A DNA stretch of 64,000 bases from Candidatus Marinacidobacterium sp. Lineage in GTDB: Bacteria; Acidobacteriota; Vicinamibacteria; Marinacidobacterales; Marinacidobacteraceae. Positions 51,990 to 62,805 of this stretch are shown here, piece by piece. The first letter of the stretch is position 1, and each line of letters starts with the position of its first letter. The stretch lies in assembly GCA_965250045.1 (NCBI GenBank), contig CBDFNG010000001.1:6164-70163 (forward strand). Direction: 5' to 3'. The notes under the pieces are model-generated. The model did not search any database. It was not told the origin of the DNA and was given only the letters and a program-made list of their open reading frames with translations. The translations under genes were made by a program, and so were the position numbers.

Positions 51990-54005
51990 ATGTCGGGCGG
52001 ATGGCGGGTCGGAGTCGATGTCGGTGGCACGTTTACGGACGTGGTCGCGGTGAATCGGACGTGCCGTGACACGCGGGTCGCCAAGGTTCCTTCCCGCTCC
52101 GACGACCGCGTGGCCGGCCTGCTCGCCGCGCTCCAGGCGGTCAATCTCGCTTGGCCGGACGTGGATGACCTGATCCACGGTACGACCCTCGTGACCAACG
52201 CCATCATCGAGGACGATCTCGCCGAGGTTGCCCTGATCGCCACCCGAGGCTTTTCCGATACCCTGGCCATCGGACGCCAGAACCGGCTCCACCTCTACCG
52301 TCTCGACCTTCCGCCCAAGCTTGTGCCCCAGGTGCCGACCGAGCTCCGCTTCGAGGTGACCGAGCGGCTCGATCACGAAGGCCGGGTTCTCGAGCCGATG
52401 GACCCACGCTCGGTCGAAGATGTGCTCCGGCGCATCGGGGAGAGCGGCACAACGGCGGTCGCGGTGTCGCTGCTGCATTCCTATGCCAATCCCGCTCACG
52501 AAGAGGCGCTTGGCGAGCGGCTGCGCGAGCGGCTCCCCTTCGTCGCGCTCTCGAACCGGGTCAATCCGGAGGCCCGGGAGTACGAGCGCACGGCGACGAC
52601 GGTGCTGAGCGCCGGTGTCATGCCCCTCGCCGCGAGCTACCTCGACCGGCTCGAGGCGGCGAAGCCGGCAGGGTCGAGGCTGCATCTGTTCCACTCCGCC
52701 GGTGGCATGGCGTCGCCGGAGGCGCTGCGTGATCTGCCGCTCGGCCTTGCCGCCTCGGGCCCTGCCGCAGGCGTCGCCGCCGCCGGACGCATCGCCCGAG
52801 ACCTCGACATCGATCACGCCATCAGCTTCGACATGGGCGGCACCACCACCGACGTCTGCCTGATCTTCGACGGCGAGGCGCACATCTCCAGCGACCGTTC
52901 GCTCGGCGGCCGGCCCTTGCGCCAACCCATGGTCGCGGTGGAGTCCATCGGGGCCGGCGGCGGCTCCATCGCCCGCCTCGATCACGGCGCCCTGGTCGTC
53001 GGACCGGAAAGCGCCGGCGCCGATCCGGGTCCTGCCTGCTACGCCCGCGGCGGCGGCCGGCCGACGGTGAGCGACGCCAACCTGGTGCTGGGATACATGG
53101 ACCCGGACCGTGTGATCGGCGGGGACATACGGCTGGACCCCGCCGCGGCCCGAGCCGCTATCGCGCCGCTCGCGTCGGCCATGAGTACGACCGTCGAGGC
53201 CGCGGCCCTGGGCGTGGTCAGGGTAGCCAACTCGGCCATGCTGCGTGCGCTCCGCCGGGTCACGGTGGAGCGCGGTATCGACGGCCGCCGATGCACCCTT
53301 CTTGCCTTCGGGGGCGCCGGTCCCATGCACGCGGTCGAGCTGGCGCGCGCCTTCTCCATCGCCAAGGTGATTGTTCCCGCTCATTCCAGCGTCTTCTCCG
53401 CCCTCGGATGCGTCAGCGCGAAGATGGGCTATGCACAGCAGCGTACGCTGCGCATGGCAGTAGGCGACTGGGACGCGGAGCGGCTGGATCGGGCGCGACA
53501 GGACCTGAAGGTGCGCCTCGCCGCTCCTCTGGCCACGGCCGGTTACGGCGAGGACGAGATGGTGGTCGAGGAAGTGGCGGCAATCCGCTACAGCGGCCAG
53601 AGCTATGCTATCGAGATCGCCAACGCCGCCCTGGACGACCCGGTGCGCCTGAGCCGTGATTTCCTGGACCGTCATCGAGCGCTGTACGGTTTCGCGACCG
53701 AGGAGCCGTGGGAGCTGGTGTCGATACGGCTCCGTGTCTCGGTGCCCCGAACCGGCGAGGAGCATTGGCCGGCATCCGATACGGAAGGAGAGCCCCTTCC
53801 AGCCAGGACCCTGCCTTGCACCTTCGACGCCGGCGGGCCGGCCGCGACTCCGCGCTACGATCGCGCCGGCCTGGTTGCCGGCCGGCCCCTCGCCGGGCCG
53901 GTCGTCGTCGAGGACGCGTGGTCGACGGTGGTGGTCCCGCCGGGGGCGACCCTGACCACCGACGGAGCCGGCCACCTCCACATCACTACCGGGATCGAAT
54001 CATGA
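51990..54005 (+). CDS. hyuA: Hydantoinase/oxoprolinase family protein, A (alpha) subunit
   Basis: WRVGVDVGGTFTDVV N-terminus and SFDMGGTTTDV second ATPase motif, 671 aa. Confidence 0.9.
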   Translation: MSGGWRVGVDVGGTFTDVVAVNRTCRDTRVAKVPSRSDDRVAGLLAALQAVNLAWPDVDDLIHGTTLVTNAIIEDDLAEVALIATRGFSDTLAIGRQNRLHLYRLDLPPKLVPQVPTELRFEVTERLDHEGRVLEPMDPRSVEDVLRRIGESGTTAVAVSLLHSYANPAHEEALGERLRERLPFVALSNRVNPEAREYERTATTVLSAGVMPLAASYLDRLEAAKPAGSRLHLFHSAGGMASPEALRDLPLGLAASGPAAGVAAAGRIARDLDIDHAISFDMGGTTTDVCLIFDGEAHISSDRSLGGRPLRQPMVAVESIGAGGGSIARLDHGALVVGPESAGADPGPACYARGGGRPTVSDANLVLGYMDPDRVIGGDIRLDPAAARAAIAPLASAMSTTVEAAALGVVRVANSAMLRALRRVTVERGIDGRRCTLLAFGGAGPMHAVELARAFSIAKVIVPAHSSVFSALGCVSAKMGYAQQRTLRMAVGDWDAERLDRARQDLKVRLAAPLATAGYGEDEMVVEEVAAIRYSGQSYAIEIANAALDDPVRLSRDFLDRHRALYGFATEEPWELVSIRLRVSVPRTGEEHWPASDTEGEPLPARTLPCTFDAGGPAATPRYDRAGLVAGRPLAGPVVVEDAWSTVVVPPGATLTTDGAGHLHITTGIES

Positions 54006-55717
54006 CCACTGCCGTCGATCCCGTGACCCTGGAGGTCATCCGCAACGCCCTGACGGCGACGGCGGAGGAGATGTCCCTGGTGGTCATGCGCTCGGCCCGC
54101 TCGCCGCTCCTGCGCGAGGCCGGCGATCTCTCGTCGGCGCTGACCGACGCCGATGGCCACCTCATCGCCCAAGGCCGCGACATCCCCATGCACATGGGGG
54201 TCATGAGCTTCACGGTCCGCGAGTTTCTGAAACGCGTGCCGAAGTCGCGGCTCGCGCCGGGCGATGTCTGGTTCCTCAACCTGCCCGAGGTCGGCGGCAA
54301 CCACCTGCCCGACGTGAAAGCCATCCGGCCGGTGTTTGTCGGCGGCGCGCTCGCCGCGTTTGCGGTCAACCTCGCGCACTGGGCGGACATCGGCGGCGCG
54401 GTGCCCGGGAGCTACGTTGCCGGCGCCACCGACGCCTGGCAGGAAGGGCTGCGCATCCCGCCGTTCCGCCTGTTCACCGCCGACGGGCCCTACCGGGAAA
54501 ACCTCGACATGGTGCTCGCCAACGTGCGCGGGGCGCAGGAGCGCGAGGGCGACATCCTCGCGCAGATGGCGGCGACCCGCGACGCCGAAGAGCGTCTGCA
54601 TCAAATCTTCGCCGAGCACGGCACGGACACCGTGCTTGCCGCCATCGCCGCCATCCACGATCGGGCCGAGGCGCAGATGCGCGAGGCCCTCGCCGCCATC
54701 CCCGACGGCATCTACAACGGCGAGGACTGGCTCGACGACGATGCCGCGGGGGGCGAGCCGGTCGCGGTTCGCGTCCGCGTGACCGTCGAGGGCGACAGCG
54801 CCAAATTCGACTTCTCCGAGACCGCCGACGCAGCCCGCGGACCGGTGAACACCACTCCCTTCATCGCGGCGGCCTCGGTGTTCTACGTGGTCAAGGCCCT
54901 GTTCGGACCGGACATTCAGCCGAGCGGCGGGTGCTACCGGCCCCTCGAGATCGTCACCCGCCCCGGCTCGCTGCTCGATCCGGGTCCGGAACGCCCAGTG
55001 GTGGGCGGCAACCACGAGACCTCGCAGCGCGTGGCGGATGCGGTGTTCCGGGCCCTGGAGCCGACCGGTCCGGAACGGCTCTCCGCCGGCGGGCCGACCA
55101 CCTCCGGTCTGGTGCTGTTCGGCGGGCGGCGCGCGGACGGGGTCTGGACCACCTTCTACGAGACCCACGGCGGCGGTGAAGGCGCGAGGCATGACCGCGA
55201 CGGCGCGCCGGTGGTGCGGGTCCACATGTCGAACGTGATGAATACCCCGGCCGAAGTGGTGGAAGCGGAGTATCCGATCCGCGTCGAATGCCAACGCCTG
55301 CGCGGCGGCTCGGGCGGGGCAGGGCGGCGGCGCGGCGGCGACGGGTTGCACCGGGAGTACCGCGTGATGTGCGACGATATGTCGGTCACCACCATGTACG
55401 AGCGACGCGTGGTGCCGCCCTATGGCCTGCAGGGGGGAGCACCGGGAGCGCCGTTTCGGGTCACCGTCTCCCGGGCGGACGGCCATCGTCTCGACCTGCC
55501 GGGCAAGGTAAACGTGCGCCTCGATCGCAACGACGTCGTCGTGGTCGAGAGCTGCGGCGGTGGCGGGTACGGTACCCCGGAGGGGTCGGATACTTCGGTC
55601 GATTCCTCGGTGGCCGCACGAGCCGGTGCACGAGCGAACTCACCAACGGAAATGCGGGCGGACTCGCCGCCGGATTCACCGGCGCACTCACGGGCGGATT
55701 CACCAGCGAATTCATGA
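54002..55717 (+). CDS. hyuB: Hydantoinase B/oxoprolinase family protein, B (beta) subunit, with a repetitive (A-x-S-P)n C-terminal tail
   Basis: DPVTLEVIRNALTATAEEM N-terminus and GGGGYGTP near the C-terminus. ATGA overlap with hyuA. Confidence 0.9.
   Translation: MTTAVDPVTLEVIRNALTATAEEMSLVVMRSARSPLLREAGDLSSALTDADGHLIAQGRDIPMHMGVMSFTVREFLKRVPKSRLAPGDVWFLNLPEVGGNHLPDVKAIRPVFVGGALAAFAVNLAHWADIGGAVPGSYVAGATDAWQEGLRIPPFRLFTADGPYRENLDMVLANVRGAQEREGDILAQMAATRDAEERLHQIFAEHGTDTVLAAIAAIHDRAEAQMREALAAIPDGIYNGEDWLDDDAAGGEPVAVRVRVTVEGDSAKFDFSETADAARGPVNTTPFIAAASVFYVVKALFGPDIQPSGGCYRPLEIVTRPGSLLDPGPERPVVGGNHETSQRVADAVFRALEPTGPERLSAGGPTTSGLVLFGGRRADGVWTTFYETHGGGEGARHDRDGAPVVRVHMSNVMNTPAEVVEAEYPIRVECQRLRGGSGGAGRRRGGDGLHREYRVMCDDMSVTTMYERRVVPPYGLQGGAPGAPFRVTVSRADGHRLDLPGKVNVRLDRNDVVVVESCGGGGYGTPEGSDTSVDSSVAARAGARANSPTEMRADSPPDSPAHSRADSPANS
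55634..55717 (+). repeat. Seven 12-nt tandem units at the 3' end of hyuB
   Basis: gcgaactcacca / acggaaatgcgg / gcggactcgccg / ccggattcaccg / gcgcactcacgg / gcggattcacca / gcgaattcatga, encoding ANSP-TEMR-ADSP-PDSP-AHSR-ADSP-ANS*. Confidence 0.7.
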
Positions 55718-55736
55718 AGACAGGGAGAATGATGCA

Positions 55737-56519
55737 ATGAAGCTCGAAGGCAGGAAGGCGATCGTCACCGGCGCCGCGAAGGGCATGGGGGCGGCGATTA
55801 CCACGACGCTCGCCCGCGAGGGCGCGGACGTGGTGCTGACCGCACGCGACATCCCGCCGCTGGTGGTAGTGGCTGCCGAGGTCCGCGCCATGGGGCGCGA
55901 TGCCTGGGCGGTCGGCTGCGACGTCACCGACGACGCGGCGGTCAAGGCGATGGTCGACAGGGCGCTCGATGTCTTTGGCGGGCGCATCGACATCCTGGTC
56001 AACGTCGCCGGCGTCACCGGCCCGATCGAGACCCCGGTGCAGAACATCGAGGTCGCCGACTTCGATTACGTCATCACCGCCAACGAGCGCGGCACCTTCC
56101 TGCCGATCAAGTACGTCGTCCCGACGATGATCGCGCAGAGGGAGGGGAAGATCGTCAACATCAGCGGCACCTCGGGGCTGCGCGGCTACGCCATGCGCAC
56201 CGCCTACAGCGCGTCCAAATGGGCGGTGCGGGGCATCACCAGGACGGTGGCGCTGGAGCTCGGGAAGTACAACATCAACGTCAACGCGGTGTGTCCCGGC
56301 ATCGTGGACGGTCCGCGTATGCAGAAGCTCTGCGAGGAGAAGGCGAACGTGCGCGGCTGGACGACCGAGGAAGTCTACGACGAGTACGTCCAGGACATGG
56401 CGCTGAAGCGCGTGACTGCCGCCCAGGACATCGCCAACGCGGTGCTGTTCATGGCGAGCGACGACAGCCGGCAGATCACGGGCCAACACATCGCCGTCGA
56501 CGGCGGCTGGGACGTGTGA
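55737..56519 (+). CDS. SDR-family oxidoreductase
   Basis: TGAAKGMGAAI, NVAG, S...YSASKWA, 260 aa. Confidence 0.9.
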   Translation: MKLEGRKAIVTGAAKGMGAAITTTLAREGADVVLTARDIPPLVVVAAEVRAMGRDAWAVGCDVTDDAAVKAMVDRALDVFGGRIDILVNVAGVTGPIETPVQNIEVADFDYVITANERGTFLPIKYVVPTMIAQREGKIVNISGTSGLRGYAMRTAYSASKWAVRGITRTVALELGKYNINVNAVCPGIVDGPRMQKLCEEKANVRGWTTEEVYDEYVQDMALKRVTAAQDIANAVLFMASDDSRQITGQHIAVDGGWDV

Positions 56520-56671
56520 TCGGAGCCGGACCGGTGCCGGCATCTCCGTCTCGCTCTGCCGTTATCCCTGCGAAGGCGGGAATCCGTCGAGCGCATACTA
56601 TAGCTAATATGTTACATGAGATAACTCGTCTAATCGATTGAATAGACGAAAATATGAACGGAGGACGAACG

Positions 56672-57538
56672 ATGTACGTACCGTTCGAACTGGAGATACC
56701 CAGGGATCTTGCCGGCGCCCTGAACGCGCTCGCCGCCGGCCGGGACGCGAAGACTGTGCCCATCGCGGGTGGAACCAACCTGATCGTCGACATGCGCGCG
56801 AAGCGCGAACGCCCTGATCGGGTCGTCGGGCTCGGCGCGGTCGGCGAGCTGCGGGGAATGGAATTCGGCGCCGAGCGCATTGCAATCGGCGGCGGCACCA
56901 CCGTCACCGACCTCCTGCGCTCGCCCGAGATTGCACAGGCGGCGCCCTCGCTCATTGATTCCGCGCGCCTTTTCGCCGGCCTGATGGTACGCAACACCGC
57001 CACCGTCGCCGGCAACATCGCCTGCTGCTCCCCCGCCGCGGATCTGGTGCCGCCGCTGCTCTCCCTCGACGCCGACGTCACGCTGGCCAGTGTCGACGGG
57101 GCCAGGACGCTGCCGCTCGACGAGTACTACCTCGACTACAAGCGCGATGTGCGCCGGCCCGACGAGCTGATCACTCGTATTTCCTGGCCGCGACTTCCGG
57201 CATCGTCGGTCAACACGTTCTACAAGCTGGCCCGGCGCAAGGGCGACGCGATCACCGTCACCGGGGTGGCGCTGACACTTTCCGCCGCCGACGGAATCTG
57301 CACCATGGCACGCATCGCGCTCGGGGCCGTCGCGCCCGTGGTGTTTCGGGCCCGGAACGCCGAAGACTTGCTGGAAGGCAGGGCGCTGACCGAGGCACTG
57401 ATCGACGAGGCCGCGGCAGCGGCCGCCTCGGCAACCAGCCCCATCGACGACGTACGGGCGTCTGCCGCCTACCGGCTGCATACCGTCGAGGCGCTGACGC
57501 GGCGGATAGTGGCCCAGGCCTGGAGACAGCTTAAGTAG
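56672..57538 (+). CDS. Molybdenum hydroxylase FAD-binding subunit (CoxM/XdhB-like)
   Basis: IAGGTNLIVDMR FAD motif. GGAGGA SD 7 nt upstream of ATG 56672. C-terminal RASAAYR. Confidence 0.85.
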   Translation: MYVPFELEIPRDLAGALNALAAGRDAKTVPIAGGTNLIVDMRAKRERPDRVVGLGAVGELRGMEFGAERIAIGGGTTVTDLLRSPEIAQAAPSLIDSARLFAGLMVRNTATVAGNIACCSPAADLVPPLLSLDADVTLASVDGARTLPLDEYYLDYKRDVRRPDELITRISWPRLPASSVNTFYKLARRKGDAITVTGVALTLSAADGICTMARIALGAVAPVVFRARNAEDLLEGRALTEALIDEAAAAAASATSPIDDVRASAAYRLHTVEALTRRIVAQAWRQLK

Positions 57539-57594
57539 CGAGCGACCGACGAGAACGACCGGCGAAGCGACGCCGCTCAATGAGGACGAGAACC

Positions 57595-58083
<489 letters not shown>

Positions 58084-58183
58084 ACGGTTCGAGAGAGACT
58101 TCGGGCCGCTGCGGGAGGCAACTCCCGGCGTCGCGGTCGGTTGACGCGGCGGCGGTCGGCATGCATCCGGGGAGGGCGGGACG

Positions 58184-60526
58184 ATGACCAGTGTCACGAG
58201 CGAGATCCAGTCGCGGCCCAACATCCGGTTCCGGCAGGTCGGGCGGCCGCTGACCCGCACCGACGCGCCCGGCAAGGTCACCGGCCGCACCCCCTATGCC
58301 GGCGACTACGTGATGCCCGGCATGCTCCACATGCGAGTCGTGCGCGCCGACATCGCGAGCGCCCGGCTGGTGCGCCTCGACGTCTCCCGGGCGCGTGTCC
58401 TGGAAGGCGTGGCGTGCGTCCTCACCGCCGCCGACCTCCCCGACCGCACCGCGTCGACCGACATTCCGGGCCAGATCGGCCAGAAGCGCCTGGATACCGG
58501 CCAGCAGGTGCTCGTCAGGGAGCGGGTCCGGTACTTCGGCGAACCCCTTGCCCTCATCGCGGCGGAGACCCGCGACATTGCCGACCACGCCATGGAACTG
58601 GTCGAGTTCGAGCTCGAACCCATCCCCGGCGTGTACGACCCGCTCGAGGCGATGAAGCCCGGCGCACCCATCGTCACGGAACCCGACAACATCGTCGCGG
58701 AGCGCAGGATCGTGAAGGGCGATGTCGACGCGGGCTTCGCGGAGGCCGACGTCATCGTCGAGAACACCTGGCGCACCCCATTCCAGGAGCACGCCTTTCT
58801 CGAGCCGGAGGTCGGCCTCGCGTGGGTCGACGAGAACGACGTGGTCAACATCCGCGTCTCGACCCAGGTGATCGAGCACTTCCGGCCCATCGCCGATGCC
58901 ATCGGGGTGCCGCACAACAAGGTCCGCATACGCGGCGCCCTGGTCGGCGGCGGCTTCGGCGGCAAGGAGGATCTGACGGTCGAGATCTACCTGGCCCTGC
59001 TCGCGAAGCGCACCGGCCGGCCGGTGCGCCTGGAGTACACCCGCGAGGACTCGTTCGTGGGCCACGGCAAGCGCCATCCGTTCATCCTGACCTACCGCAC
59101 GGGGGTCACGAAGGACGGCAGGATCACCGCTCTCGACGTTCAGATGGTGGCCGATTCGGGAGCCTACGTCTTCCTGAGCCCCTACGTCCTGCTCTACGCG
59201 CTGGTGGCCGCCCCCGGTCCCTATCGCGTCGACAACCTCAACGTCTTCGCGCGGGCGGTGGCGACGAACAACATGTTCACCAGCGCCTTCCGCGGGTTCG
59301 GCGCCTTGCAGGCCTGTGCCGCCTACGAACAGCAGATGGACGAGGTGGCCAAGGCGGTCGGCCTCGACCGCATGGAGCTCCGGCGGCGCAACTTCCTCAA
59401 GACCGGCGAGCCGATGTCGACGGGCTTCGTTCCGCCGAGCGCGATCTGGACCGACCAGTGCGCGGAACGGGCGTGGGCCGCGCTCGGCGAGCCCACTCCC
59501 TGCGAAGGGCCGATCCGGATCGGCCGCGGCATCGGCTGCTATCAGCAGAGCTATGGCCGGCTCACCTTCCTGCACGACACCTCGGAGGCCTGGGTCGGGG
59601 TCGAGATGGACGGCACCGTGGTCGTGCGCTCCGGCGTCACCGACATCGGCGCCGGCCAGGTCTCGGCCCTCGGCCAGATCACGGTGGAGGTCCTCGGCGT
59701 CACCCTCGACAACGTGGTCGTCTACAACAGCGATTCGGCGGTGACTCCGCTTGCCGGCACCACCACCGCGACGCGCGCCCTGTACATGACCGGCAACGCG
59801 GTGAAGCAGGCGGCGGAAGCGGTCCGTGCGCGTCTCGTCGAACGCGCCGCCAGGGAGCTCGGCGTCGAGCCCGGCGAGGTCGACATGGGCTTCAACGAGG
59901 TCTTCGTGGCGGACAACCCGGACAAGTCCATGCCTCTGGTCGATCTGATCCGGATCTGCGGGTCCGAGGGCATCCACCGCTCCGAACTCGCCATGTTCCG
60001 CGCGCCGTTCACCGACTTCCTCGATCCGGAGACGGGCCAGGGTCAGGCCCATCCTGACTACGTCTACGGTGCGCACGCGGTCGAGGTGGCGGTCGACACC
60101 GACACCGGCGAGGTCGAGGTGTTGAAGAGCGTCGCCGCCCATGACGTCGGACAGTGCATTAATCCGGCCGCGGTCGAGGGTCAGATCCAGGGCGGCGCCC
60201 AGAACGGGCAGGGGTACGCGCTCAGCGAGGAGATGCTCTACGAGGAGGGGCGGTTGATCACTCCGTCGTTCAGCGAGTACCTGATGCCCACCGCCATGGA
60301 CATGCCGAAGGTCGAATGCATCCTCCTCGAATCGCGCAGCGGCGTCGGCCCCTACGGCGCCAAGGGCATCGGCGAGCCGGCGATGACCCCCGTCGCACCG
60401 GCCATCGCCAACGCCGTCGCGGATGCCATCGGAGTGCGCGTATTCGAGATGCCGATCACGCCGGAAAGGATCGTAATGGCGCTGAAACGGCGCGGTGCGG
60501 CAGGCCAGCGCCGTCCACGGTCATGA
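58184..60526 (+). CDS. Molybdenum hydroxylase molybdopterin-binding large subunit (xanthine dehydrogenase / aldehyde oxidase family)
   Basis: 780 aa with GGGFGGKE, FRGFG and GIGEPA motifs. Confidence 0.9.
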   Translation: MTSVTSEIQSRPNIRFRQVGRPLTRTDAPGKVTGRTPYAGDYVMPGMLHMRVVRADIASARLVRLDVSRARVLEGVACVLTAADLPDRTASTDIPGQIGQKRLDTGQQVLVRERVRYFGEPLALIAAETRDIADHAMELVEFELEPIPGVYDPLEAMKPGAPIVTEPDNIVAERRIVKGDVDAGFAEADVIVENTWRTPFQEHAFLEPEVGLAWVDENDVVNIRVSTQVIEHFRPIADAIGVPHNKVRIRGALVGGGFGGKEDLTVEIYLALLAKRTGRPVRLEYTREDSFVGHGKRHPFILTYRTGVTKDGRITALDVQMVADSGAYVFLSPYVLLYALVAAPGPYRVDNLNVFARAVATNNMFTSAFRGFGALQACAAYEQQMDEVAKAVGLDRMELRRRNFLKTGEPMSTGFVPPSAIWTDQCAERAWAALGEPTPCEGPIRIGRGIGCYQQSYGRLTFLHDTSEAWVGVEMDGTVVVRSGVTDIGAGQVSALGQITVEVLGVTLDNVVVYNSDSAVTPLAGTTTATRALYMTGNAVKQAAEAVRARLVERAARELGVEPGEVDMGFNEVFVADNPDKSMPLVDLIRICGSEGIHRSELAMFRAPFTDFLDPETGQGQAHPDYVYGAHAVEVAVDTDTGEVEVLKSVAAHDVGQCINPAAVEGQIQGGAQNGQGYALSEEMLYEEGRLITPSFSEYLMPTAMDMPKVECILLESRSGVGPYGAKGIGEPAMTPVAPAIANAVADAIGVRVFEMPITPERIVMALKRRGAAGQRRPRS

Positions 60527-61401
60527 CCGGCGCTGCCTCCAAACCGCGCTCGGCCTCGGAGCCTGGGTCGGCTTCAGGCGTCATCCACGGTCGTGATCAG
60601 CACCGCCTGGCGCACCCCGCCACGGGCGCCGGGGCTCCACATGCCGGGGGGAATGACAGTCCGCTCGGCCGGTACGTCCGGATCCTCGAAACTGTCGCCG
60701 CCGCGCGGACCGGCTTGACCCTCACCGAGATTGCCCAGGAGCTGAGCTTGCAGGCAGGGACGGTGCACCGCCTGCTCCGGGGGCTCGTGGATCTCGATCT
60801 GCTGCGCCCCCGCGCCGGGTCCAAGAGCTACGTGCCCGGCCCCCGGCTACTGAACCTCCTTCATCTGACCATGGACATGGCGGAGTACTCGGGGCTGACC
60901 CAATCGATTCTGAACCGGCTGGTCGAGGAGTTCGGCGAAACCGCCCACCTGGCCCGGTTGAACGGCGACTGCGCCGAATCCGTGCTGATGAAGCAACCCC
61001 TCGGCTCGGACCGGGCCTTCGTGCAGCCGGGCCGCCGGCTGCCGTTGTACGCGGCGGCTTCCGGCAAGGCGATCCTGGCCTTTCAGGACGAGGACTTCAT
61101 GACCCGCTACCTGGCCCGGCCCCGCGTGCGCTATACGGAACAGACCAAGGTCGAAGAAACCGAGATCCGCCGGGAGATGACCCGGATTCGCGAAGACGGC
61201 ATGGCCGTGTGCGAGAACGAGCTGGACGCCGGGGTGCTGAGCTACGGACACCCGGTTCGGGTCGGCGATGGCCATGTCCTCTATTCCATCGGCATCACCG
61301 GTCTGGCGGACCGTTTCCATCTCGTGGCCCGGACAAGGATCAGGCAAAGGCTGTCCGAGGCTGCCGCCGATCTGGGCAGAAATCTCGGTTTCGGGAGATG
61401 A
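60523..61401 (+). CDS. IclR-family transcriptional regulator
   Basis: wHTH region LTLTEIAQELSLQAGTVHRLLRGL and a C-terminal effector domain (AAASGKAILAF). The only in-frame start is ATG 60523 (ATGA overlap), giving an N-terminal extension of about 50 aa. Confidence 0.8.
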   Translation: MTGAASKPRSASEPGSASGVIHGRDQHRLAHPATGAGAPHAGGNDSPLGRYVRILETVAAARTGLTLTEIAQELSLQAGTVHRLLRGLVDLDLLRPRAGSKSYVPGPRLLNLLHLTMDMAEYSGLTQSILNRLVEEFGETAHLARLNGDCAESVLMKQPLGSDRAFVQPGRRLPLYAAASGKAILAFQDEDFMTRYLARPRVRYTEQTKVEETEIRREMTRIREDGMAVCENELDAGVLSYGHPVRVGDGHVLYSIGITGLADRFHLVARTRIRQRLSEAAADLGRNLGFGR

Positions 61402-61658
61402 AAACCCATGTGGCTTTCTCCGCGGTGATGATCCTCGATCGCCTTCTTCGACCTGCGTGCCCGACCGATAGGGGCAGGGCTCCCGGCTTCGGGGATGCAA
61501 GCCGGTATGGCGCTCTCCGATCCGATGCTGATTCTCGCAATACGTCTCCGTCACCGTCTCATGCCTGGCTGGTGGAGACGAGACGAAATCCGGCCGGTGA
61601 CGGCCACACCACAGGGGTCGTCGGAGCGGCCTCGTCATTCGACTGGGGAGGAAGAAAC

Positions 61659-62696
61659 ATGAACAGATATTTGAGACTGGGGGCCGTTGCCGTCGCGCTG
61701 GTCATCGCGGCCGCCGCGGCGCAGGCCGAGGGGAAGCTCTCGATCTATCACTGGTTCGAGTACATCCCGCAGGAGCTTCTCGACAAGTTCTCCGCCGAGA
61801 CCGGGGTCGAGGTGACCATGGACACCTACGATTCCAACGAGGCGATGCTGGCGTCGCTGAAGGCGGGCAAGCTCGGCGCCTATGACGTGGCCGTGCCGGG
61901 CGACTACATGGTCGAGATCATGGCCGGTGAGGGGATGCTCGACGAGATCAGGCCGGGCGAGCTCGCCAACATCGGCAACGTCGAGGCGCAGTGGATGGAT
62001 GTCCCCTTCGATCCGGACCGCAAGCACTCGATCCCGTACCAGTGGGGATCGACCAGCTTCTCGGTGAACCGTGACGTCTATTCCGGCGACATCAACACCA
62101 CCAGCATCATCTTCGACCCGCCCGAGGAGCTGCGCGGCAGGATCAACGTGCTCGACAGCCAGGGCGAGGTCATGCTGATGGCGTCGCTGCATCTGGGCAT
62201 CCCGCAGTGCACGACCGACCGCGAGCAACTGAAGGCGCTCGACGCGCTGCTCCAGAGCGCGAAGCCGCACTGGGCCTCCTTCGGGTCGGACATCGCCAAG
62301 GACGTCCTGGTCTCCGGCGACGCCGCCGCCGGCATGATCTGGAACGGATTCTCCGCCAAGGCGCGCGCGGAAGGCGCGAACATCGAATACGCCTACCCGA
62401 AGGAAGGTTACGTCGTGTGGATGGACAACGTCGTTCTTTTGAAAGACGCGCCGAATCGCGAGAACGCGCTCAAGCTCATGGACTTCCTGCTGGAGCCGGA
62501 GAACATCGCGTCGGTGACCAACTACGCACGGTACGCCGCCGGGGTTACGGGCGTGACCGATCTGCTGGATCACGAGTTGAAGTCCTCGCCCGAGTCCTTG
62601 CCGCCGGCGGATGCGCCGCCGGGGACCTTCATCGCGGTCTGCGATCAGAAGACCCAGGAGGTCTACGACGCGATCTGGACCCGGCTGAAGAAATAG
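61659..62696 (+). CDS. Polyamine-type ABC transporter periplasmic binding protein (PotD/PotF family)
   Basis: Signal peptide (AAAAAQAEG), then LSIYHWFEYIP and YQWGSTSF, typical of PotD/PotF. Confidence 0.85.
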   Translation: MNRYLRLGAVAVALVIAAAAAQAEGKLSIYHWFEYIPQELLDKFSAETGVEVTMDTYDSNEAMLASLKAGKLGAYDVAVPGDYMVEIMAGEGMLDEIRPGELANIGNVEAQWMDVPFDPDRKHSIPYQWGSTSFSVNRDVYSGDINTTSIIFDPPEELRGRINVLDSQGEVMLMASLHLGIPQCTTDREQLKALDALLQSAKPHWASFGSDIAKDVLVSGDAAAGMIWNGFSAKARAEGANIEYAYPKEGYVVWMDNVVLLKDAPNRENALKLMDFLLEPENIASVTNYARYAAGVTGVTDLLDHELKSSPESLPPADAPPGTFIAVCDQKTQEVYDAIWTRLKK

Positions 62697-62805
62697 GCTG
62701 CGTTCCGTAGGGAAGGTTCCGGGGCGGCAGGCCGGCCGCCCCGTCCCATGGCCATCACGCACCCATCCACCCGAGACGATTTTCGACCACCGCCGGAGGC
62801 CGGCA

